Positions 34,466 through 47,080 of a DNA stretch of 58,928 nt are shown here, in pieces. This DNA comes from Octopus bimaculoides. Its lineage: Eukaryota. Where the stretch lies: the NCBI RefSeq assembly GCF_001194135.2, contig NC_068991.1, forward strand, positions 50,819,725 to 50,878,652, read 5' to 3'. How positions within the stretch are numbered: position 1 is the first letter of the stretch; the number at the start of each line of letters is the position of its first letter. The notes beneath the pieces were generated by a model that searched no databases, had not been told where the DNA came from, and saw only the letters and a program-made list of their open reading frames with translations. Both the position numbers and the translations under genes were made by a program.

Positions 34466-35130
34466 TAGGCACAAGCATAGCTGTGTGATAAGAAGTTTGC
34501 TTCCCCAACCACATGATTCAGGGTTCAATCCCACTGTGTGGCACCTAGGCAAGTATCCCCTACTATAGCCTTGTGAATGAATTTGGTAGATGGAAATTGG
34601 AAGAAGCCTTTTTGCATGTAAGCACACCTACACCAGATGTTAAAACATGTTAATGATGATGATGTTGATGTGTGCATGCTTGTTTGTGTTTGTCCCTCAT
34701 GAGTGTGTTTGTGTCTGTGTTTGTCTCCCGCCCCACTGCTTGACACACACACATGCACATAAATCTGTGTGTGTGTGTGTTTGAGTCTGTTCCCCCACTG
34801 TTTGACAACTGGTGTCGGTCTGTTTACATCCCTGTAACTTAGCAATAGAGACCAACAAAATTATTATTACATTTACGGTTTACATTATTTACATTTGACG
34901 GATATTTCTCCTCATCTTGTTTGTTGTTAACACAACGTTTCGGCTGATATACCCTCCAGCCTTCGTCAGATGAGGAGAAATATCCGTCAAATGTAAATAA
35001 TGTAAATAATGTAAATAATTCCTCATCTCTTAAATATAGAACTGTTTACTATTCATTCAACTAAAAATTCTTCAAGGCGATGCCCCAGCATGGCTACAAT
35101 CTAATGACTGAAACAGGTAAAAGATAAAAA
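34466..35130 (+). mobile_element. Family A SINE interrupted by a Penelope-type pLTR remnant (about 34860-35045)
   Basis: SINE head and core at 34466-34860, with the tail resuming near 35045. Confidence 0.7.
34929..34974 (-). ncRNA. Minimal type I hammerhead ribozyme (Penelope-type)
   Basis: Minus strand reads CUCAU-CUGACGA-A-GGCUG-GAGGGUAUAU-CAGCC-GAAA-C-GUU-GUGUU. Stem II has 5 bp and stem III is a palindromic ACGU with no loop. Confidence 0.75.
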
Positions 35131-35632
35131 AATTGAAGATTTGCTACCACAATTTGTCTCCTGACTGGTTTGTAGAACTCCTGTATTGTGGTTGTTTACC
35201 ACCAGGTCAACATTGGTCAACATATTGGCCTATGATTAAACATGTTCTATGACCACATCATCCATATCCTTCTCCTTTTAAGATAGTTATGTGTGATTAG
35301 AAGGAATTTTGGTTACTTTTTCTAGCAGTTTCAGGAACTTCACAGAGGCTTCCTGCTCAGACAATCCTATTTCATAGTTGTGGTTTAGCCCCAGGTCAAC
35401 CTTGATCATACAGATCTATGATCAAAGGCAATTCCGGCTGTGACCATCCCAACTTTTTCCAGTGTCAGGAACATAGGACCACAATATTCATGTCCTTTCT
35501 CAAGTTGGTATCATGTCATCTGAAGGAGATTTAGCTGCTATTTCTAGCAGGTTGGAGGACCATGTAAAGGCTCACTCATCTTATGGTTGAATGAGTAAGA
35601 TAGAGGAAGGTCTTTGAGGAGTGAACAAATAC

Positions 35633-35684
35633 TTGCTCTTTTGTAAATCTGTGCTCTTCCAGTTAACTGAGGATGAATGAAAAG
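35633..35684 (-). CDS. Candidate 52-nt exon
   Basis: Acceptor tgtttttctattttttttttAG|CTTTTC...AAGAGCAA|gtattt. Open in phase 0 (LFIHPQLTGRAQIYKRA) and phase 1 (FHSSSVNWKSTDLQKS). Confidence 0.25.
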
Positions 35685-36387
35685 CTAAAAAAAAAATAGA
35701 AAAACACAATTACAAAAAGTAGAAATTTATTTTATTTTATATTTTATTGTTCAATTTGCATACAAAAATCGGTTGTCCTGTGTCAAGTCTTTTTTTCTCA
35801 CTGCATTCCCCTCTCTTTATCTGACTGTTATTTCCTGTCATATTTGAAATGAAAACTATAAACAAAAGGAAGATAAAAATTAGGAATTAAGGAGTGCCCA
35901 AAATTCCTCTAATCAGCTTCTGAACCTGTTTTCTGCTCTGTTGTTATTGTTCTCTGGTGGCATGAGACTCTTAAAAGTACACTTACAATATGTTACTATG
36001 TTAGTCCTTGTTTAGTTTAGTGTTAACACACAATGTCTACATTCTTGTTTTCTCTGTCTTTGAGTCATTGAACTAGAACCATGTCAGTTCATTGCTTCCA
36101 AGGGATTTTGAGTCAGCTATATCAACCCTGATTCTTTGTCTGGAACTTATTTCATAGCTCTTGCAAGACATGAAATGCAAACTACCATATTTGATGGTAT
36201 ATAAAATGCACTTTTTCCGACCCATAAAATATATTAAAAAAATAAACAAAAATCATCCCCTCCCCAAACCCCTACACCTGGGTCCCATATGAGAAGCTGG
36301 GCTTCCCACGAGTCTATTTTGTCCCTGAATGCACTAAAAACTTTTCTTCTGAATTTGTGCTGCTGAAATTGGGATGTGTGTTTTATA

Positions 36388-36570
36388 CCAGTGCTCTGCA
36401 ACCTGTATGCTGTGGCACACTGGTGTGTCACGAGATGATGCTAGGTGTGCTGCAGTGTAACCTGAATATAATTTTTTTCCCTATACTTTTAGTTACATTT
36501 TTAGTTTAGGTGTGCTGCTGAATTTTGAAAAAAATGTAAGTGTACTGCAAATGAGAAAAGGTTACCTCTG
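36388..36570. mobile_element. hAT MITE, uninterrupted relative of 30273-30867
   Basis: cagtgctctgcaacctgtatgctgtggcacactggtgtg... aligns along its length. Confidence 0.7.
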
Positions 36571-37476
36571 GGTATTTCTGTTTGATATTTAGACAGGTTG
36601 AAGGTGGCTACCCGGCAGAATCATTAGCATGCTGGATAAAATGCTTAGTGGCATTTTGTCTGTCTTTATATTCTGATTACAGATTTTGCCAAGGTTGACT
36701 TTGCTTTTCATCCTTTCAGGGTTGATAAATTAAGTACCAGTTGAGCACTGGGGTCAATGTAATTGACAGTTTGATAAGATTCTGCAATCCACAAGGCTGT
36801 GCCAAGTTCCAATGTGTGTTTTGGCATGGTTTCTATGGCTGGATGTCTTTCCAAATGCTAACCACTTTACAATATGTATTAGCTGCATTTTTCATGTCAC
36901 TAGCAGTAATAAGGTTGCTGAGTAAGTTGTGAGAGAGAGGAAAGAACAAGAGAAAGGAAAAAGGGGAAAAAAATTCTTTTGACTAAATAGGGGTGGTGGT
37001 GGAATATTTGAGAGGGTGGAGAAGTAGCTTAATGCCAAGGACAAGCAGAGCAGGTGCCTTAAGTGTCTTGCTATAGAGACAATTCATGGCTAGCCTATAT
37101 TTTATAAGGGTAGGAGTATACAGGAAAAAGATAAGATGGTAGTGATGGAATGCTAAAAAAAACCCCGAAAAACTCACACTCCTTCGGTTACAAAGAAGAG
37201 GGTTCAGTTGACTCAATCAACGGAACAACCTGTTTATGAAATTAACATGTATGTGGCTGAGTACTTCACAGACACTCATACTCTTAATGTAGTGCCCAGG
37301 GAGATTCAGTGTGACAAGGCCAGACCTTTGAATTACAGGTACTACTAATTTTTCCCAGCCGATTGAATTGAAGCAGTGTGAAATAAGGCATCTTGCTCAA
37401 AGACACAATGTGCCACCAGAAATAGAACTTATGACCTTATAATTGTGAGCCAAATACCCTAATCACTAAACCATGC

Positions 37477-37868
37477 TCAGTCATTTGACTGCGGCCATGC
37501 TGGAGCACTGCCTTTAGTCGAGAAAATCGACCACGGGACTTATTCTTCGTAAGCCTAGTACTTATTCTATCGGTCTCTTTTGCCAAACTGCTAAGTGACG
37601 GGGACATAAACACACCAGCATCGGTTGTCAAGCAATGCTAGGGGGACAAACACAGACACACAAACCCACACACACACACACACACACACATATATACATA
37701 TATACGACGGGCTTCTTTCAGTTTCCGTCTACCAAATCCACTCACAAGGCTTTGGTCGGCCCGAGGCTATAGTAGAAGACACTTGCCCAAGATGCCACGC
37801 AATGGGACTGAACCCGGAATCATGTGGTTCGTAAGCAAGCTACTCACCACACAGCCACTCCTGCGCCT
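37477..37868 (-). mobile_element. Young family A SINE
   Basis: Reverse complement of 27342-27744. Confidence 0.9.
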
Positions 37869-38496
37869 ATACTACAGAAATATAGGTAATGGTTCTGTTA
37901 TTTATGACCCTTCGAATATACAAGATTCACCTTGAGTTTATGCTAAATGAATAAACAAATAAACCCACATCCATTATAGTGCAGTGGCTAAGTTAGTTAA
38001 GGTATTGGATGTTTGTCTGCTGAGTAAGGTTGTGTCTCTCCAGGCAAGAAATATATATAACTTTATTTCATTATTATCCAATTAACGATCAATTAGTTTG
38101 GTTCTGTGTTTGTGTGCATCTGTGTGTGCATATATATATGTGTATGTATGTGTGTGTGTACGTGTGCGCACGCACGCATGTATGTGCCATTTCTTCTGTT
38201 AATCTCTTTAAGCAGATTTTTCCAACCAGGAAACTTGTGCCTGTGTGTGTGTGACTTTCTGTGGCAGTGGTATTTTGTTGTCTATGTTTTTTTTTTTTAC
38301 CATTTTTCAAATATCTTGCTATGTACTATAAATATGTAATACTGAAAATATACTTGTAGCAAACCATTTCCCTTATTTATAAGCATAATATACACACATT
38401 TGAACATCAAACCTTCATTTTATAAAGCAAATATAACTTGTAATGCCCAGCTAAAATCTCTGACTTATTCTAAATACATACAACAGGATGGTTTAA

Positions 38497-38903
38497 CTCT
38501 TTGGTATTCAGATTACTCTGTCAAATGTAATGTTTATTTATTCACATTTTGTTTTCAATAAATCATGTTTTCTCATTGCTTTGAAATTTTGATGATTTGA
38601 TTGTTTATCTTTATATATAGGCATAGGTGTGGATGTGTGGATACGAAGTTTACTCCCCAAACACATGGTTCCTGGTTCAGTCCCACAACAGGGCACCTTG
38701 GGCAAATATCTCTTACTACAGTCCAGCCAAAGCCTTGCGAATGGATTTGGTAGATAGAAACTGAAAGAAACCTGTTTAGTGGGGGTGGGGGTGGTATTTA
38801 GAGTGATATTGTAGGTTAAGTGTGAGAGGCAAGATCTGGGTGGTTTAAGCATAACACAGATAAAATATTTGGGCTGGATGTGGTTGGTTTAAATGCTAAA
38901 GGT
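38497..38903. mobile_element. piggyBac-like MITE containing a family A SINE 5' half (38615-38799)
   Basis: TTAA|ctctttggtattcag ... aatgctaaaggt|TTAA. Confidence 0.7.
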
Positions 38904-39004
38904 TTAAACTCTGCTGTGATGGCTACATCTCTTCATTCTCTTCATTAATAATTTACTCTCCATTATATAAAGAGCTGAAGGGTTTTCTTCTTGTATTTCT
39001 GTAT

Positions 39005-39405
39005 AGGTACAGGCTTGGCCATATGGTTAAGAAGCTTGCCTCCCAACCATGTGTTCTTGGTTTCAGTCCCACTGTGTGATGTTTTGGGCAAGTGTCTTCT
39101 ACTATAGCCCTGGGTCGACCAATGCTTCGTGAGTAAATTTGGTAGATGGAAACTGAAAGAATCCCATTGTTTATATATACATATGTATATATATGTGTGT
39201 GTGTGTGTGCGTGTTTGTGTTTGTCCCTCATTACTGCTTGACAACTGGTGTTGGTTTGTTTATATCCCTGTAACTTAGCGATTTGGCAAAAGAGACAAAT
39301 AGAATTAGTCCCAGGCTCAAAAAAAAAAAAAAAAAAAATCTTTCAAGGCAGTGCTTCAGCATGGCCACAGTTCAATAGCTGAAACAAATAAAAGATAAAA
39401 AAGAT
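39005..39405 (+). mobile_element. Family A SINE
   Basis: Head, core and tail are recognisable. Confidence 0.8.
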
Positions 39406-40042
39406 ATGTTGAAAACAAGGGATGGCATTAATTCTCTGGCTTATTCCTTGTTGGACACCAACAGGAAGAAACTGATTTAAAGAAGGAAATCAATCAATAT
39501 CTCATTGAAAATTGATCTATTACACTCACCAGATAACTATCAAGTTATAAAGTGTATTTTATGAAGTAATTAATTGTTAATATTCTCAATGAAAAAGTAA
39601 TCTTTGACCATTATATATTCCAAGGTGAAACAGAAAAGAGAAACATATCTGTTACTCACCGGGATCATATTTCCCATTCAGGTATTACCTACCATAATTA
39701 TGTACCCACCACTCCCATAAACTGTCTCTATTACTTGTTAGCTAAATGTCTTATAGATTAAGCCACAAAATACCTGTAAATCCCTTGTCTCAGATTAGCC
39801 ACTTCTAATCTATTCTTTTCTATTCTATTATTAACTCAATATGGCTAGTTTTAACTTCACAAAATAATTGGTCAATTACTTAACAAAGCAGAACAAGTTG
39901 AACTCAAAATATCATTATTTATATCTTTTATCTTTTACTTGTTTCATTCATTGGACCATGGTCATGCTGGAGCATTACTCCAAAGGTTGTAATTTAACAA
40001 ATAAACCCCAGTACTTATTTTAGGTTTGGTATATCCTGTAAA

Positions 40043-40417
40043 GTGGAGGCGCAATGGCCCAGTGGTTAGGGCAGCGGACTCGCGGTCATAGGATCGCGGT
40101 TTCGATTCCCAGACCGGGCGTTGTTAGTGTTTATTGAGTGAAAACACCTAAAGCTCCACGAGGCTCCGGCAGGGGATGGTGGTGAACCCTGCTGTACTCT
40201 TTCACCACAACTTTCTCTCACTCTTACTTCCTGTTTCTGTTGTGCCTGTAATTCAAAGGGTCAGCCTTGTCACGCTGAATCTCCCCGAGAACTACGTTAA
40301 GGGTACACGTGTCTGTGGAGTGCTCAGCCACTTGCACGTTAATTTCACGAGCAGGCTGTTCCGTTGATCGGATCAACTCGAACCCTTGACGTCATATGCG
40401 ACGGAGAGCCAACAACA
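40043..40417 (+). mobile_element. Family B SINE nested in a minus-strand family A SINE (about 39925-40712)
   Basis: 11-bp TSD atatcctgtaa at 40031 and 40418. Confidence 0.9.
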
Positions 40418-40995
40418 ATATCCTGTAAGTCTTTTTTGTCAAACTGCTAAGTTGTGGGGACACAAAGAAACCCACACCTGGTGTCAAGTGATGGTAGGAT
40501 ACAAGCATAACACAGACACACACAGATAAATACCCCACCACCCGACTAAACGGGTTTCTTTCAGTTTCTATCTACCAAATCCATTCGCAAGGCTTTGGTT
40601 GGACTGTAGTAAAAGATATTTGCCCAAGGTGCCCTGCTGTGGGACTGAATCAGGAACCATGTGTTTGGGGAGTAAGCTTCGTATCCACACATCCACACCT
40701 ATACCTATATATAATAATGTTCAACATGTCAAGGTGTTTAATCTTAATTCAATTTTTTTTGTTTGTTTTGGTTTTAAGATTGTTTTGAATTTATTCTAAT
40801 AAAAAAACCTACAAAAACTGTTTTGCTTCCCTGTTGAACCTTATTCTTCCCCATTTTAGATTTTTACACAACACCCGCTTTCCCTTTCCCTAAAAATGAA
40901 GGGCATTTTCTTTTGTAGTGAGATAATTATTTAAAGGGATTGTTCATCTTTACATTCTGAGTTCAAATTCTGCTGAGGATCTTTATATTTTGAGA

Positions 40996-41031
<36 letters not shown>

Positions 41032-41039
41032 GTTATTAT

Positions 41040-41260
41040 TAGTAAGGCAGTGAGCTGGCAGAATCATTAGCATGCTGGGCAAAATGCTAAGCAGCATTTC
41101 ATCTGTCTTTACATTCTGAGTTCAAATTCTGCCAAGGTCAACTTTGCCTTTCATCCTTTCCAGGTCAATAAAATAAGAACCAGTTGAACACTGGGGTCAA
41201 TGTAATCGAGTTATCCCTCCCAAGAAACTGCTGGCCTTGTGTCAAAATTAGAAACCATTA

Positions 41261-41294
<34 letters not shown>

Positions 41295-41757
41295 CAAGGT
41301 GGCGAGCTGGCAGAATCTTTAGCAAGCTGGGAAAATGCTTAGCAGCATTTCATCTGTCTTTACGTTCAAATTCCACCAAAGTCAACTTTGCCTTTCATCC
41401 TTTCGGGGGGGTCGATAAATTAAGTACCAGTANNNNNNNNNNNNNNNNNNNNNNNNNNNNNNNNNNNNNNNNNNNNNNNNNNNNNNACTTTGCCTTTCAT
41501 CCTTTCGGGGGGGTCGATAAATTAAGTACCAGTAATACGCTGGGTTGATGAAATTGACTAGTCCCTTTCCCCAAAATTTCACATCCTGTATGGCATTTCA
41601 TCTGTCCTTACATTCTGAGTTCAAATTCCGCTGAGGTTGACTTTGCCTTTCATCCTTTTGGGGGTTGATGAAATAAGTACGAGTTGAACACTGAGGTTGA
41701 TGTAATCAACTAGCTCCCTAACCAAATTTCAGGCCTTGTGCCTATAGTATAAAGGAC

Positions 41758-41800
<43 letters not shown>

Positions 41801-42071
41801 GTTATTATTGCGAGATTGATACCTGAATTCTCCATTTCTTTCTGACATTGTTTAGGTTGGCAAGCTGGCAGAATCGTTAGCATGCTGGATGAAATGCTTA
41901 GTGGTATTTTGCCCATCACTATATTCTGAGTTCAAATTCCGCCAAAATTGATTTTGCTTTTCATCCTTCTGGGGTCGATAAATTAAGTACCAATGAAACA
42001 CTGGGGTCGATGTAATCGACTTAACCCCACCCCCAAAATCTCAGGCCTTGTGTCATTAGTAGAAAGGATTG

Positions 42072-42102
<31 letters not shown>

Positions 42103-43432
42103 TATTATCATTCTCCTCCTCCTCCTCCTCCTTCTTCTTCTTCTTCTTTTTCTTCTTCTTCTTCTTAAGTGAAAAAACAGTGCATGCTGAGGTACAAATA
42201 TACGAAGCTGTTTGATTAAGGTATGAAGATAAACAACACATGACCTTGCAGGTGGGGCCCAATTAGAATTTTCTTAGGTTGAGTAGCTTAACCTGTTCAA
42301 AAGGTCCTTGAAGGTCCTTGTTTAAGGATGATGAACAAAACATCCATGTTTCCAGAGGTGAACTATTCAAACCCCGGAGAATCCCCATCAACACATGGCT
42401 GTGATGCTCCTCCACTACTCCTGCTCATGATCAGAGATGCACATATCATCAGCCACCAAGGGACATGTTCAACTGGTTATGGTCAAGCAACTGACAAGCA
42501 AATCTGTGGTATTAAGCAGAATATTTGCTGTAGGCCACCTTTAATATCAAGAAAAAAGAAACATATATATGTTAACACTTCTCATAAATCCTCCTCCCTC
42601 CTCCTCCTCCTCATCATCATCATTATTATCTTCATTATCATCATTACTAAGGCAGTGAGTTAGCAGAATCATTAATACGCTGGGCAAAATGCTGCTAAGC
42701 ATTTCATCCATCTTTACATTCTGTGTTGAAATTCTAGCAAGGTCGACTTTGCCTTTCATCCTTTTGGGAGGGTCGATAAAATAAGTACCAGTTAAACACT
42801 GGGGTCGAAGTAATTGACTCATCTCCTCTCCCAAAATTGCTGATCTTGTAGCAAAATTTGAAACCATTATTATCATTATTACTAGTGAGACCCTTGAAAA
42901 TTCCATATTGTAAGTCAGCATATTTGAAAACATTAATATATTCTTTTCTACTCTAGGCACAAGGCCAGAAATTTTGAGGGAGGAGTCCAGTCAATTAGAT
43001 CGACCCCAGTACGCAACTGGTACTTAATTTATTTATCCCGAAAGGCTGAAAGGCAAAATAGACCTTGGTGGAATTTGAACTCAGAATGTAAAGACAGACG
43101 AAATACCACTAAGCATTTCACCCGGCGTGCTAACATATCTGCCAGCTTGCTGCCTTAAAACATTAATATATTAAACATTAATATATTAAACATGAGTAAT
43201 TTAAAAATAATAATAGTGGTTTCAAATTTTAGCACAAGGCCAGCAATTTTGGGGAAGGCGTAAATCAATTACATCAGCCCCATTGCTCATATATTTTACT
43301 TATTTTATCGATCCCTGAAAAGATGAAAGGCAGAGTCAACTTAATTGGAATTTGAACTCAGAAAATAAAGACAAATGAAATACCCCTTAGCATTTTGCCT
43401 TCGTGCTAATGATTCTGCCAGCTCACCACCTT
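41040..43432. mobile_element. Dense cluster of about 8 family D SINEs separated by (TTA)n tracts
   Basis: Plus-strand copies near 41040, 41295, 41590, 41855 and 42655. Minus-strand copies near 42955 and 43215. Confidence 0.8.
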
Positions 43433-44514
43433 AATTGTAATAATAATAGTAAGTGATATTTTTTCTATGTTAGTTTGATCAGTTTGTGTTTTTGTTTTCA
43501 AACAAAACCTCATGCATTGGAAGGGTCTCTATGTATGATGAGTCACTTTGAGCAAAAGTCAACAACAACAACAAAAGTTATTAGGAATGATGAAAGGGGA
43601 TGGAATTTGGTTTTAAACCTTATTGAGGCTGACTCAGAAATGAGGAACAACTAAAATGTAAGATTCTATGTATAAATTCAGACTGATTCAGAATAGAACA
43701 TTCAGTGCATGGAACTGTTGGATTCTGTGTTGTGTTTAATGATGCATGGAAAGACATGAATCTGAAGGTGGAATGTTGTTCACATGAAACGAACTTCTGT
43801 TAGGAACCATCAAGTGCAACGTGAACTCAGATTTGGCTCCCTGTTTGACTTGCGTCACTTTACTTACAAAAGCCTATTTAATTGGAAGAAAATCTATGAA
43901 TGTCATAACTCTTATTTTTCTCTTCCTTCATAATCTTGAATTCTTTTTTAGTAGTTTTATTTTTTATATTTTATTTCTGCAATATGCTATATGTTTTTTT
44001 TTTTGTTTTTTATTCTCATACATGAAAAAGTACTTGTACTTAATTACATAAATAATCCATCTTGAATTTCATGTTTATGTTGAGAAAGGACAATACTGTC
44101 TTCCTGAACCCTAACCCCACATTATCCAAACCTGTTATAAAAGCTGAAGACTTTGTCATTGGATTATATCCCTGACTGTAACTGTTTATTCTCCTAATAT
44201 TTTCTTTTAATTCTTTTGTTTATATTTTGTAGAGAGCCCAACCCCATCCCCATTAGCTTTTTACTGAAGAAAACCTTGCAATGAAGGAAAGAAAAGAAAA
44301 GCTTTAGGTTTAAATATGTTTTCAGAGAATACAAAGAAAGTATGTCAAGACATGGTGTGTGAAAATATCATTTTTAATCTAAAATACATTTCTATAACAA
44401 AACATTGGACTTGTTTTGTTAGTTTCTATAACAATGTTTTTGATGTAATCGTGTCATTATATCTGTTACTGTAATTATAGTAATAAGGTAATTATGGTAT
44501 CTTATTTTAGACTG

Positions 44515-44850
44515 TGAAGGTGCATGGCTCAGTGGTTAGAGCGTCAGGCTCACAATCATAAGGTAGTGAGTTTGATTCCTGGACCAGGCTGTGTGTTGTG
44601 TTCTTGAGAAGGCACTTTATTTTGCATTGCTTCACTTGACTCAGCTGTAGAAATGAGTTGTGACATCACTGGCACCAAGCTATATTAGCTTTTGTCTTTC
44701 CCTTGGACAACATTGATGGTGTGGAGAGGGGATGCTGGTATGCATGGGTGACTGCTGGCCTTTCATAAACAAACCATACCTGGACTTGTGACTCGGAGGG
44801 TAACTTTCTAGGTGCAATCACATGGTCATTCATGACTGAAAGGGGTCTTA
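44515..44850 (+). mobile_element. Family C SINE
   Basis: Homologous to 3822-4160. Confidence 0.8.
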
Positions 44851-45329
44851 ATATAGATTAGTTTTAGAATTCATTAGAATCTAGGAACATCAGCACATAG
44901 GATGCCAGAAATTGCTAGGTATAATAAGGTACAATAACATAGGGTTCACAGGGAGATAAAACAACTAGGAAGGTATCTTGTGTTAGGATACTGTAGATAT
45001 GTAAGAAGCAAATTTAAACTGTAGATCCAACTTAGATACAGGGTGAGCCAAAAGTCACGCACAAAATAAGTTTAATACACTCTGGAATTTTCAAAGACAT
45101 GCTTCAGTTTTTCTAAAATTGAATAAAGGAAATAAAATAATGTACTAGAACATGATGAACAAATTGAGTAATAATAATAATTTTAAATTTTGGTACAAGG
45201 CCAGCAAGTTCAAGGGTAAGTCAATTACATCGACCCCCAGTGTTTCATTGGTACTCAATTTATCGACCCCAGTGGAATTTGAACTAAGCATTTTGTTCAG
45301 TGTGCTAACAATTCTGCCAGCTTGCCACC

Positions 45330-45382
<53 letters not shown>

Positions 45383-46039
45383 CCTTTCTGCTATAGGCAC
45401 AAGGCCTGATATTCTTAAGGGAGGGGGCAGTCAATTAGATTGACCTCAGTATGCAACTGGTACTTAATTTATTGCCCCCCCCTCCCCCCGAAAGTATGAA
45501 AGGCAGATCAATCTCTGCAAAATTTGAACTCAGAATGTAGCAAAGGATGAAATACCACTAAACGTTTTGTCCAGTGTGCTAACAATTCTGCCAGCTCACC
45601 GTTTTATACTCTGTCATTAGTCAGTTCTGTCTTGTTTAAAGATTTAATAGATCACTGCTGTATGAGTTTGCTAGAATTTATTAGTTAGAAATGAAGTATT
45701 CTAGTAGTAAGGTTTGAAGCATATTTTTTTAGTATTTACTAACCAGATAAAACAAAAAAGATAAACAAAAATTGAAAAAAAAACAAGAATTCCTGCACTT
45801 CAGTTTGCTCTTTGCATTTTGGTTTTCTTTCATTTTCTTCTAAGTTCAAATATGAGTTTGTTGATAACTCATTCTGGTAACTTGGGATTTTTGAAGATGT
45901 GAAGTAGTTGTGACCTTTACTGCCTAAAAGTAGATATTAGTCAACTTAGATTTCATGCTGGTTTTGAAGTTGATATGTTTTATTTATTTCTAGACACACC
46001 ACAAGTGGTTCACTAGTTTTCAACTTATTATTAAGGTAC

Positions 46040-46091
46040 TGGCCATGTTCAAGAATGGCATGCTGCAATCATGTGGAACAGGAATTTTAAC
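46040..46091 (-). CDS. Candidate 52-nt exon
   Basis: Acceptor gttttaatttatttattcAG|GTTAAAATTCC...ATGGCCA|gtacct (weak donor). Phase 0 reads VKIPVPHDCSMPFLNMA. Confidence 0.2.
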
Positions 46092-46392
46092 CTGAATAAA
46101 TAAATTAAAACAGATGGAAGTTATCCTTATCAAACCTATGGTGAGCTGGCAGAATCATTAGCATGCAGGGCAAAATACTTAGCAATACTTCATCTGCTGG
46201 TATATTCTGAGTTCAAATTCTGCCAAGGTCGACTTTGTCTTTCATCCTTTCAGGGTCAATAAATTAAGTACCAGTGAAACAGTGGGATCAATGTAATTGA
46301 CTAGTCTCCTCCCCCCAAATTTCAGGCCTTGTGCCTTTAGTAGAAAGGATTATCAGACCTACTGATACATAATATGTTTTGCTAATTGCAAG

Positions 46393-46607
46393 CAAGGACA
46401 CAGTATTTCATTTTGCGACCATAATATCACAGTATTAAACAGACCATCAGGTGCTGTTATGCAATGCTGTCAAAGACACAATGTTTCATTTTGCTACGAT
46501 AATATCAGAGTATCGAGCAAATCATCAGATACTTGTTATACACTGCTATCAAGGACACAGTGTCTCGTTTTGTAACCATAGTGTCACAGTATCGACTATC
46601 AGATGTT
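46393..46607. repeat. 78-79-bp degenerate minisatellite, about 2.7 copies
   Basis: Units start caa(g/a)gacaca at 46393, 46471 and 46550. Confidence 0.8.
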
Positions 46608-46858
46608 CACAATGTTCTTCCAATTCTGTCTTGATTGTACCATTCTTTTCCATCTAGACCTAAATTATCATCTTATGAGCTAAAACAAAATCATAACATA
46701 TTATGGCTTATTAGTATATCAAAAGTTTACAAGTCAACATTGTACATATGTGCAATGTTCTCATTTTAAAGTTTATCTCCACAGAATCTCTACAGATTCT
46801 CTACAGATAATTTGTAGAGATGAACTTAATAATATGTTTTATATATTCTGCACTTTAA

Positions 46859-47080
46859 CTCTTTAACATTCAGGTTTCTTTGTCAAATCTATTGCTTATT
46901 ATTATTGACATTGTTTTGAATTAATCCCAGATTATCTTGTTGCTTTAAGATTTCAATGGCATGTTTGTATATTTATAGAATGACATTGTAGGGCAGGTGT
47001 GAAAAATTGGATCTGGTCAGTTTTAACATAAAACAGGTAGAATATTTTGGCCGGATATGGCCGGATTAAATGCTAAAGGG
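46859..47080. mobile_element. piggyBac-like MITE
   Basis: TTAA|ctctttaacatt ... aatgctaaaggg|TTAA. Confidence 0.75.

Noticed and set aside
46393-46607. CRISPR-like repeat-spacer array
   Set aside because: The context is eukaryotic, the would-be spacers are homologous to each other, and no cas genes are present.
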